A stretch of 64,000 bases of DNA from a virus (lineage: Duplodnaviria; Caudoviricetes): positions 1,582 through 65,581 of the IMG/VR virus record IMGVR_UViG_3300036841_000085. The stretch is one strand, 5' to 3'. How positions within the stretch are numbered: position 1 is the first letter of the stretch; each line of letters starts with the position of its first letter. Made by a program: the position numbers and the translations under genes. This document shows positions 56,952-64,000 of this stretch, piece after piece. The notes beneath the pieces are model-generated. The model did no database searches. It saw nothing but the letters and a program-made list of their open reading frames with translations, and had not been told where the DNA came from.

Positions 56952-57465
56952 CCGACGAGCCGAACCCTGACGTACCGCGCACGGTCTCGGGCAGCTTATC
57001 CACTTCCACCCAGGGCGGCGTCAGCGCTGGGAAAATAAGCACCTGCTTGAGTCGGGCGTCGGGCTCGACAAACACTGGCTCGTCGCCAGGATTGAACACG
57101 CCCGACAGTAGCTCGCCGGTGTACTCCGTGTCGATGATGCCCTGCATGCTGATCAGACCACGGTTGCGCCAGGTCGACGAGCGGCCAGTGATCATTGCCC
57201 ACAGCCCGGCCGGCAGCTTGATGGCGATACCGCTGTGAAAGCTGACGTAGCTGTGCGGCGGCACGAAGCCTCCGTCCAGGCAGACCAGGTCGAAACCCAC
57301 GTCTCCTGGCTTGGCCAGCTTGGGCGTGACCGCCTCCGGCCGCAACTTGACGAACTGTATCGGTCGCTCCATGGCCTGCCGCCACTGATCCATCTGTGAC
57401 TCGGCCCAGTGCTGCTCCATCACCTGTCGAACATGCCCCACGTCGGGCGGCCGTCTGTCAGGCAT
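56944..57465 (-). CDS. dut: trimeric dUTPase
   Basis: All five motifs: GFDL, GRSS, GIIDTEYTGE, RLKQ, RGTSGFGSS. Confidence 0.92.
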   Translation of the reverse strand: MPDRRPPDVGHVRQVMEQHWAESQMDQWRQAMERPIQFVKLRPEAVTPKLAKPGDVGFDLVCLDGGFVPPHSYVSFHSGIAIKLPAGLWAMITGRSSTWRNRGLISMQGIIDTEYTGELLSGVFNPGDEPVFVEPDARLKQVLIFPALTPPWVEVDKLPETVRGTSGFGSSDA

Positions 57466-57512
57466 AGCGTCTCCGTCTGCATCGTGATTGTTTCTCCTGT
57501 ATTGTTAGCTTA

Positions 57513-58718
57513 TCAGGCCGTAGCTGTCTTTGGCAAGTCCAGCCGGCCGCGCCGGCGCAGGGACGAGACCCAGGCGTCATGGTTCCAGCGGTCTGGCCGC
57601 TGCATGGACGGGCGCCGATCGATCAGTATGTCAGGACCGGTACCAACGAACCAGATCCTCACGCCCAGGTGGTGCTCCATCTTAGAGACCCACTCGGCAG
57701 CCTTCGGGTGATTGTCGCACAGGTCGGCCCAGGTGGTCACGCCGGCCGCGTCCGGGAACAGATAGTCCAGGAAGGTGACGGCCAGGCCGTCTGGCGCATT
57801 CAGATCAATGGCTTGCTTGGCCAGGTCGCCGTCCCAGGCGCCGATACGTCGTGGCTTCCTGGTCACCGTGGTGAACTCGACCAGGTCTTTGATACCGGTC
57901 ATGCGCTGCATGGTCGCCCAGTCCACTTCGCCCTTCATCGGCCCGCTGTTGCCAGCCACCCGGATCGGGCAGGTACGGAACACCACGATGACGGACGACA
58001 CATGCTGCGGTGCCAGGCCAGCGTCGGCCGCCATCTGCGCCGCATTAGTGTCGTGGTTGGTAGTGAACGGCCAGGTGCCATGAATGACCGACAAGCCGGT
58101 GCCCTGCGTACCTTCCAGCAGGATGGGCATTCCGCCAGACCTGACCGCGTCGGCCAGGAACCCGGCCGTGTTGGGCCGCAGGATGGGCTCCAGCCAGGGC
58201 TCGCTGTCCAGCATATTCTCGGCCCGCTCGAACATCAGCGTGTTGCGCTGCAGTCGGGCGATGCGTGCCACGCCAACTCCCTCACCGGTCGAGCCATAGC
58301 GCCGGTGGGCTTCGCCGTGTACGCCGCCCGCTTCGTCACGGTGTTCCGGGCTGATGATGCCAGCGTGCGTGTCTAGCCAGATGCGCTGTTCGATGGGCTC
58401 ACGCAGCGTCATCTGCTTGGTCTCCATCATGGTCTGCTCAAAGGCACGGATGGCGTCCATCTCCCGCTTGAGCACTTCCAGGCTGACCAGGGCTCCTGGC
58501 GTCAGGATCAGGCGGCCTACCGGGTTGGTCCAGCCGACCGGCACCTGTTGCATCGGCCACTTTTTGCCCAGGTAACTGAAAGTATGCCCAGCGTTCGGCC
58601 CGCCCGACCTGACGTGCACGGCGAACTCGTCGGCCAGATAGTGGGCGATAGAGCCCTTGCCTTCCGAGCCGTACTGACCGCCCACCAGGGCGACCACGGC
58701 GCTCCTGCTGTCAGGCAC
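57513..58718 (-). CDS. purZ: PurA-family synthetase with PurZ/PurZ0 signature (2-aminoadenine pathway)
   Basis: GGQYGSEGKG (Ser where PurA has the catalytic Asp), GGPNAGH, EGTQG, PIRVAGNSGP, TTVTRKPRR, TFLD. Confidence 0.85.
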   Translation of the reverse strand: MPDSRSAVVALVGGQYGSEGKGSIAHYLADEFAVHVRSGGPNAGHTFSYLGKKWPMQQVPVGWTNPVGRLILTPGALVSLEVLKREMDAIRAFEQTMMETKQMTLREPIEQRIWLDTHAGIISPEHRDEAGGVHGEAHRRYGSTGEGVGVARIARLQRNTLMFERAENMLDSEPWLEPILRPNTAGFLADAVRSGGMPILLEGTQGTGLSVIHGTWPFTTNHDTNAAQMAADAGLAPQHVSSVIVVFRTCPIRVAGNSGPMKGEVDWATMQRMTGIKDLVEFTTVTRKPRRIGAWDGDLAKQAIDLNAPDGLAVTFLDYLFPDAAGVTTWADLCDNHPKAAEWVSKMEHHLGVRIWFVGTGPDILIDRRPSMQRPDRWNHDAWVSSLRRRGRLDLPKTATA

Positions 58719-58917
58719 TGGCCACTTCCTTCTCCAATGACTGCAGGTAGGCTTCGATGTCGGCCACCCTGATCAGGCGCCGGTTGCCATCCTTGACCGA
58801 CCGCAGCTTGCCGTCGCGCACCATGCGGTACACCAGCAGCCGACTGCAGCCCAGCATCTGCGCTGCCTCCGCCGGTCGAACCACTATGCGATTGTCCGTG
58901 ACCTGGTCTTTTGCCAT
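58711..58917 (-). CDS. excisionase-like HTH DNA-binding protein
   Basis: EAAQMLGCSRLLVYRMVRDGKLRSVKDGNRRLI; promoter TGTGTTAAAAT upstream. Confidence 0.85.
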   Translation of the reverse strand: MAKDQVTDNRIVVRPAEAAQMLGCSRLLVYRMVRDGKLRSVKDGNRRLIRVADIEAYLQSLEKEVASA

Positions 58918-58965
58918 ACGTCTTTCCTCATGCTCCCGATTTTAACACAGGCGATACAGCGCGAG

Positions 58966-59373
58966 CTAAAAGGGCTCAACCTGACGCAGATCGATCGCCC
59001 GTTTGATCTGCTGCAATGCCTGGCCGCTGATTATCTGTGAGCCGGTGACCCGTACACCCAGCCAGCCCAGCATGGCGGCTTCGGTGTGCTTCTCCAGATC
59101 CTCTGCCAGGCTGTCCACCGTACCCACCTTCACTTTGTGCGTCCGGCCATACACATCCTTGATTGGTTTGTATAACGTACGTATACCACGGTGGCGCATT
59201 TGCGCACCCATGCCACCCTCTACCGATAGGTACACCATGAGCTTCGGCCAGGCGAAGTCCAACTCCCACTTGCGAGCAGTATGAAAGCGGTAATCCCGCG
59301 TCCAGGCCGGCAGCTTGGCCAACCGCATCTGCGTGGCCATGGCGGTCTCCAGGCCACTAGGCGGTCCCGGCAT
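58966..59373 (-). CDS. Vsr/DUF559-like PD-(D/E)XK endonuclease
   Basis: YRFHTARKWELDFAWP...VEGG...AAMLGW. Confidence 0.8.
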   Translation of the reverse strand: MPGPPSGLETAMATQMRLAKLPAWTRDYRFHTARKWELDFAWPKLMVYLSVEGGMGAQMRHRGIRTLYKPIKDVYGRTHKVKVGTVDSLAEDLEKHTEAAMLGWLGVRVTGSQIISGQALQQIKRAIDLRQVEPF

Positions 59374-59584
59374 GCTCACAGTCCACGTAGTGCAACACGG
59401 CGCTGGCGTACCACGGAGGATCACCACGCTCGCCAGATTCCCAGATCGACACGTTCCGACCGGTCATGCCCAGCAACACCGCCATCTGACGAATGGACAG
59501 GCCGTGCTCCTGGCGCCAGCGGCGCACATCCTCCGACCGCCACTGCGGTATCTTATTGATTGGACCGGCCAACTTGCTCGGCAT
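59357..59584 (-). CDS. XRE-type HTH protein
   Basis: RRWRQEHGLSIRQMAVLLGMTGRNVSIWESG. Confidence 0.8.
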   Translation of the reverse strand: MPSKLAGPINKIPQWRSEDVRRWRQEHGLSIRQMAVLLGMTGRNVSIWESGERGDPPWYASAVLHYVDCEHAGTA

Positions 59585-60173
59585 ACTTAACCTCACGAAT
59601 CCTGGCGATGTACCACTCGACCATCCTGACGCACTCCCTGTCGCACCAGTGCTGATGGGCACTGACCGGCTGACCGTCCGGGCGCTGGCCGCGCCGCAGG
59701 TCTGCCCTGGTCGGATGCCCCTTGACATGGGAATACTCGAGCCGTCCAACTCCATGCAGGGCTTCCACCACGCGACCGACCATCCACAGCGGTATGGTCT
59801 TTGGATCGAGCAGCACCCTACCCGACAGACGAGCGATGGTCACGCTGGAATCCGTCACCACCTGGCCGCTCCACCCAGGCGGGCGGTGCTCCAGGCCGCA
59901 AGTGACCGCCATAAGCTCGGCATGATTGTTACTGACCAGGACACCATCGTCCGGACCGACGAACTCAACCACGTCAATCTTGAGGATATCCAACGAAGCC
60001 TCAAGCTGTCTAGCCGCCCTGACGAGCAGCCGGTCGGCCACCGGCACCAGCACGCCGCGCCCTTCGTCCAGGACACGGTGGTCGGCCACCAGGCGCCAGG
60101 CGAACACGCCGCCGTAGCTGGATGGGTTCTTGCCCACCACGCCGCCGTCAGCGTACAAGATCTCAACCGGCAT
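59553..60173 (-). CDS. ribonuclease H-like protein
   Basis: YADGG, NNHAELMA, TDS, HVKGH, CDR motifs. Confidence 0.88.
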   Translation of the reverse strand: MPVEILYADGGVVGKNPSSYGGVFAWRLVADHRVLDEGRGVLVPVADRLLVRAARQLEASLDILKIDVVEFVGPDDGVLVSNNHAELMAVTCGLEHRPPGWSGQVVTDSSVTIARLSGRVLLDPKTIPLWMVGRVVEALHGVGRLEYSHVKGHPTRADLRRGQRPDGQPVSAHQHWCDRECVRMVEWYIARIREVKYAEQVGRSNQ

Positions 60174-60360
60174 CGCTCTTGATGATAGCTGCCAGGCGCT
60201 CCAGGCAGCGCCGACAGACCCAGCAGCCGTGGCAGCGTAGCTGGATGCACATTTGGGTCTGGCCGCACTCGGAGCATTTGGCGCTGACCGCCCTGAAATG
60301 CGCCTGGTCCACGTCGGGCTCGGCCGGCCGGGTGCTACTGGCGGTGAAGCTGACCGTCAC
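60163..60360 (-). CDS. small zinc-finger protein
   Basis: CSEC...CRRC. Confidence 0.5.
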   Translation of the reverse strand: MTVSFTASSTRPAEPDVDQAHFRAVSAKCSECGQTQMCIQLRCHGCWVCRRCLERLAAIIKSDAG

Positions 60361-60607
60361 GCCTGCGTCATGCCAGGGTTGATCGGCCGCAGTACCTCTT
60401 CGAAGAACGCGTCCCAGGCTTGCCCGAGATAGTTGCTCACCGGCCGCTCACCTTACCCCAGTCCACTGTCTTGCCCCGCTTCTTGGCCTCTTTCGCCTGC
60501 TCTGCCTCCTGGCGCTGCGCCTGCCGCTTGGCGAGTACCTCCCTGGCGTGAGCGAACAGGCCGATCTGCTGCATGTAGTCGTTCATCGTTGGAGCACTGG
60601 CCACTGA

Positions 60608-60931
60608 CTAGCGCATGCCGGACTGGGTCGGCAGGCGCTGCCGCTTGTAGGTCATCTTGCAGGCCGGGCATAGCGCTATCTCGGGCGTCACCCATACCAA
60701 CTCGTGGTCGTCGCCCTTGGCACGGCCTGGTTCCATATCCAATGTTGCCATCTGTCGCTCGGCCTCCTGGTCGGCTCGTCGTCTACGCTCTGTCTCCTGG
60801 TCGAACGCCCGGTCCCAGGCGTTGCTCCGGCCGTATTCCGGACGGCCACCGGATGGCCTCTGTCTCTTTGAACGGCTACCGGGCCGTCCGGAGCCAGAGG
60901 CCGTTTCCTTGCCCTCCGGTGAAGCCGTCAC
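60608..60931 (-). CDS. hypothetical protein
   Basis: Coupled to DnaC-like gene; CPAC motif. Confidence 0.5.
   Translation of the reverse strand: MTASPEGKETASGSGRPGSRSKRQRPSGGRPEYGRSNAWDRAFDQETERRRRADQEAERQMATLDMEPGRAKGDDHELVWVTPEIALCPACKMTYKRQRLPTQSGMR
60838..60919. repeat. 82-bp dispersed element
   Basis: CCGGA 60838, CCGGA 60849, ACGGCTACC core, TCCGGTGAAGCC 60915. Confidence 0.85.
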
Positions 60932-61941
60932 GACACAGGGTCGCGAAGGTTCGGCAACCTGCTGGTGTCGATGACCACGGCAAGCTCGCTGATACGACTG
61001 GTGGTACGCGGGTGACCCAGGATCTCCGTAAGTTCGTCCATAGCCAGGTTACTGGTAAAAATGGTCCGTCGCCGCTCACGGTGCCTGGTGGCAATCAGGT
61101 CCCACAGCGTCTCTGTCGCCCAGTCCACGTTGGCATCAGCACGGTGACGCTCGGCACCGATATCGTCGACTAGCAGCACCTGCACACCGACCAGGGCTTC
61201 CCAGGCCACGTCCAGGCTATCGGTCATGGCCTGACGGTTGCCGTACGACGAGCGCAGACGCCGCAGCATGTCGGATACCTCAACAAACAAGCTGGTCTGA
61301 CCACGCTCCGCCAACTCTCGCAGGGCGCCCACCGCCGCGCCGGTCTTGCCGGTTCCGACAGGCCCATACAGGTATAACCAGCGATCCTCTTCGTCGATCC
61401 ATAACTGGATGCGAGCAGCTAGCCGCTGGTGGCGATCCGACTGGGCTGCCAAGCTGATCAACGACCAGTCTTTATAGGAACCGGGCAGGCTACCATACAT
61501 GCGCTCGATCACAGCCTGGACGCGGTCACGTTCCATGGCCTCCGCCGCTGCCTGCACCTTAGCCTTCATCAGAGCCCCGTCTTGACAATCGCAGTATACC
61601 TGCCAACCGTAGATGGGCTCGCCATCTGAACCCAGGCCGTGCGCCGTTCGATGATGACCACCCATGCCCAGGCACCAGCAACCAGCAGATCGACCGACCG
61701 CTAGTGCCTCATACCACCTGGCCAACTCCAGGTCGTGCTCCAGGCGGGTCCTGGCGCCGCGAGCGTCACGACTATCTTCGCCAGCCAGCGCTGCCAGGTC
61801 AGCCTCCAGACGAGCCACCGACCAAGGCGGCCTGGCAGCGTCCAGCAACATGCGGTCCACCCATTCCGGGTCGCGGTCTGGCCCGGCGTCCTGGATACGC
61901 TGCCGGCGCAGGCGTCCTAGTACGTCTCCCAACGATTCCAT
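60928..61941 (-). CDS. DnaC/IstB-like AAA+ helicase loader
   Basis: GPVGTGKT Walker A, LLVDDIGAE Walker B, TIFTSNL, RTTSRI. Confidence 0.92.
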   Translation of the reverse strand: MESLGDVLGRLRRQRIQDAGPDRDPEWVDRMLLDAARPPWSVARLEADLAALAGEDSRDARGARTRLEHDLELARWYEALAVGRSAGCWCLGMGGHHRTAHGLGSDGEPIYGWQVYCDCQDGALMKAKVQAAAEAMERDRVQAVIERMYGSLPGSYKDWSLISLAAQSDRHQRLAARIQLWIDEEDRWLYLYGPVGTGKTGAAVGALRELAERGQTSLFVEVSDMLRRLRSSYGNRQAMTDSLDVAWEALVGVQVLLVDDIGAERHRADANVDWATETLWDLIATRHRERRRTIFTSNLAMDELTEILGHPRTTSRISELAVVIDTSRLPNLRDPVS

Positions 61942-62654
61942 TAGATAACCTCCACTCTCTTGTTGCTCACCTGGGACTGCCAGGCACTGTCGCGACCCTT
62001 CCGATTGAACCAGGCACCCATGGCCGGAATAATATTGCGCAGCGGCTGGCGCCGCATGTAATCATCACCCCACTTCCTAGCCATCAGCGCCGCCACTGCC
62101 TCCGCGATCTCTTCGGCGCTGGCATCCGTATCGTTGACTGCCTTGGCATCGGTTGGCGTAGTACGGTAGTTGAGCCCCAGTCGGCGTACTTCGTCGATGA
62201 AGGCCGCATATTTGTTCTGTTTGGGTGGTGACACGCTGTCACCATGCGCCCCCGGACCCGGTGACGGTTCCGGTGACGGTTCCGGAGAGAGGTCCACGCG
62301 CGACGGTGTCACCGGCGTCACCCCTTTGGTGTCACCGGCGTCACCGTTTGATGGTGTCACCGGCGTCACCGGTGACACGTTGTCACCATGTCCAGAGATG
62401 GTGACACGGTACAGGTTAACCATACTTGGTCCTGCATTGCGTTCCACCTTTAGCTCGCCACGGTCCATGATCGAGACCAGGCAGCGCTGCACCTGGCGCT
62501 CGCTCAGTCGCGATTTGGCAGCCAGGTTCTTTACCTTGGGATATGCTACACCGCTGTCGTCAGCCCAGTCTGCTATGGCCAGGAGCACCAGCAACTCGCT
62601 GGAATCGGTCACGGTCGAGTGCGACCACACCCTGGCCATCATCGCGATGCTCAT
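61941..62654 (-). CDS. replication initiator with N-terminal HTH
   Basis: LVLLAIADWADDSGVAYPKVKNLAAKSRLSERQVQR; iterons inside the gene; precedes loader. Confidence 0.88.
   Translation of the reverse strand: MSIAMMARVWSHSTVTDSSELLVLLAIADWADDSGVAYPKVKNLAAKSRLSERQVQRCLVSIMDRGELKVERNAGPSMVNLYRVTISGHGDNVSPVTPVTPSNGDAGDTKGVTPVTPSRVDLSPEPSPEPSPGPGAHGDSVSPPKQNKYAAFIDEVRRLGLNYRTTPTDAKAVNDTDASAEEIAEAVAALMARKWGDDYMRRQPLRNIIPAMGAWFNRKGRDSAWQSQVSNKRVEVI
62227..62407. repeat. iterons, putative replication origin
   Basis: GGTGTCACCGGCGTCACC at 62305, 62328, 62353; GGTGACACGYTGTCACCATG at 62227 and 62371. Confidence 0.8.
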
Positions 62655-63223
62655 ACTTCGCCCCGCTCCATACGCTCCAGGAAATCATCCATGGGTACCC
62701 GGCCGACATTCTGCCGCCGGCGCCTGATCAGCGAGATAGTGCGCAGCATCGACATCGACCGGCCGCGCAGGTTCTGCTCCAGGATGTCCCATTCCTCTGG
62801 ATTGGTGCTGTACCAGTAGCCAGCTTCGCCGCTGGACGATATGATTGGCCAGCCCGCCCGCCGTAGCTCCATGATACCGGTCATCACGTCGCGCCTGGAC
62901 GCCCGGCCCAGGCTGGTCTTGACCATGAATATCAAGGTGTCACGTGAAACATGCTCATTCGGATGGTGCTCGAACCAGTCGTGCATCACATTCTCTGGCG
63001 TGCCCAGCGGGAATGACTCCGGCACCCATGGCAGGCTGGTGTCCAGGGTCAGCTGCCTGGCCGGCAGTGTCACCTGGCGCTCGGGCGCCGCCGCAGTGCG
63101 TCGGTCGGCAGCCTCCTGCATCTGTTCGTGCTCAGTCGAGCAGAACGGGTACCACGGCCCGGTGGCGAACACCACCCGGTAGCAGTTGTTCCAAGGGCAG
63201 ATGGTGTCAGTCGGCGTTACCAT
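62651..63223 (-). CDS. winged-helix protein with N-terminal Cys motif
   Basis: SRRDV...IMELRRAGWPIISSSGEAGYW. Confidence 0.75.
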   Translation of the reverse strand: MVTPTDTICPWNNCYRVVFATGPWYPFCSTEHEQMQEAADRRTAAAPERQVTLPARQLTLDTSLPWVPESFPLGTPENVMHDWFEHHPNEHVSRDTLIFMVKTSLGRASRRDVMTGIMELRRAGWPIISSSGEAGYWYSTNPEEWDILEQNLRGRSMSMLRTISLIRRRRQNVGRVPMDDFLERMERGEV

Positions 63224-63677
63224 TGGTCCTGGGCTCCGCCTCTTCCGCCCAACGCAGGATGTCCTGCGCCCAGGCTTTGGCGATACGCATGGTCACCACG
63301 CTCGCCTTGGGCTGCTCACCCTCTGTCTCGGGCAGACCCAGCCCAGCCACCAGTTGAGCCGCAGAACGCAGCGTCGAGCACAACGTGACCCGCCTGGTGT
63401 CGGCTAACGTCCACGACCGGCCAGCATTGGCACCATTGCCACCACCACCTGCACCGCTACCCAGCTTATTGCCATCTTTATCAGTGATCTCACGCAGGAA
63501 CCCTTTATTGTCCAGGCCGACTTTAACCTTGTCGCCCCGCTTGGGCACCGGCCGCTCCGACTCGGGCGGCGTGCCGTAGTTCGACCAGTTGTGGTAGTCA
63601 TCTTCGCCCTGCAGCTTGACGCCGCGAGCGTTGGCGCTGGCTACCACGCCCAGCATCCATTCTAATGCTTCAGCCAT
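63207..63677 (-). CDS. OB-fold protein, possible ssDNA binder
   Basis: KRGDKVKVGLDNKGF beta motif with Gly linker. Confidence 0.5.
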   Translation of the reverse strand: MAEALEWMLGVVASANARGVKLQGEDDYHNWSNYGTPPESERPVPKRGDKVKVGLDNKGFLREITDKDGNKLGSGAGGGGNGANAGRSWTLADTRRVTLCSTLRSAAQLVAGLGLPETEGEQPKASVVTMRIAKAWAQDILRWAEEAEPRTNGNAD

Positions 63678-63896
63678 CTATCGGCCTCCATCCATGATTA
63701 TTGTGAACAGCAGAACAATCATGATCAAGACCGCCAGCGGCAGGACAATGACCAGCCAGGGTCGGATACTCGGATCCGGTACGGCCTGCGCCCGGATGCG
63801 CTGCCTGGGCATCCATGGGCGCTGGAATAGCTCGTCATCTTCATTTAGAGGCACCCGTAAGGGCTTTGGCTCTGCGTCGTCATCAGCTTCCGGCAT
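63678..63896 (-). CDS. small membrane protein
   Basis: C-terminal hydrophobic helix; GGAG before ATG. Confidence 0.5.
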   Translation of the reverse strand: MPEADDDAEPKPLRVPLNEDDELFQRPWMPRQRIRAQAVPDPSIRPWLVIVLPLAVLIMIVLLFTIIMDGGR

Positions 63897-64000
63897 AGCT
63901 CCATCACAGTCGGGCTTGCTCCTGGCGACGGACGTTGTGTACAATGCCAGGCGCGGTCCCTCCAGGGTCCGTTGTTTCTCCTGTAGCCCCCGGTCGCTGG

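Larger units (their letters stand above)
1..64000. mobile_element. Tailed bacteriophage (myovirus-type, PBSX/Xkd-like baseplate), large genome segment
   Basis: Complete terminase-portal-capsid-sheath-tube-tape measure-baseplate-lysis module plus phage replication genes; no host housekeeping genes. Confidence 0.97.

Noticed and set aside
57513-58718. Ordinary PurA auxiliary metabolic gene
   Set aside because: The catalytic Asp of GDEGKG is Ser and the neighbours are deoxynucleotide-pool enzymes; PurZ-type fits better, though unproven.
58711-58917. Integration module
   Set aside because: An excisionase-like HTH alone; no integrase or att site seen in the window, so lifestyle cannot be called.
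11220-60919. 82-bp element as a MITE, REP or terminator
   Set aside because: No target-site duplications or transposase; interiors are divergent while spacing is fixed; many copies are in-frame inside essential genes; no U-tracts.
1-64000. tRNA or rRNA genes; apparent abundance of CCWGG sites
   Set aside because: No cloverleaf or rRNA recognised by eye; the k-mer bias cannot be quantified without computation.

Overview
The whole window is a single high-GC tailed phage with a contractile tail, probably most of its genome. The host is unknown; a high-GC monoderm bacterium (Actinomycetota or Chloroflexota) is inferred from the Rpf, LGFP-like and Xkd-type genes. Layout: (1) 1-11200, + strand: small accessory genes, many of them Zn fingers, plus HNH, DUF2786-like, DUF932-like and SSB genes; (2) 11335-47271, - strand: terminases, portal, head genes, a 2141-aa collagen-containing fibre, neck, sheath, tube, chaperone with a -1 frameshift, tape measure with SLT domain, PBSX/Xkd-type baseplate, tail fibre and a lysis cassette built on a C39-like peptidase, interrupted by three related HNH genes and one antisense moron; (3) 47280-52020, + strand: an array of promoter-gene cassettes; (4) 52020-64000, - strand: DNA methyltransferase, secreted Rpf, a putative 2-aminoadenine (Z) pathway (PurZ0-like, dUTPase, MazG-like, NDT-like), RNase H, DnaC-like loader and an initiator with iterons. 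The most striking unexplained structures are (a) a dispersed element with inverted CCGGA...TCCGG ends exactly 77 bp apart in 8 copies, plus further near or degenerate copies, often inside genes; (b) nine promoters in which 3-5 helically phased YTAAY boxes replace the -35 element, driving families of small Zn-finger genes; (c) a PurZ0-like locus with no DatZ or DNA polymerase visible in the window. All product calls rest on motif recognition and synteny, not database searches.
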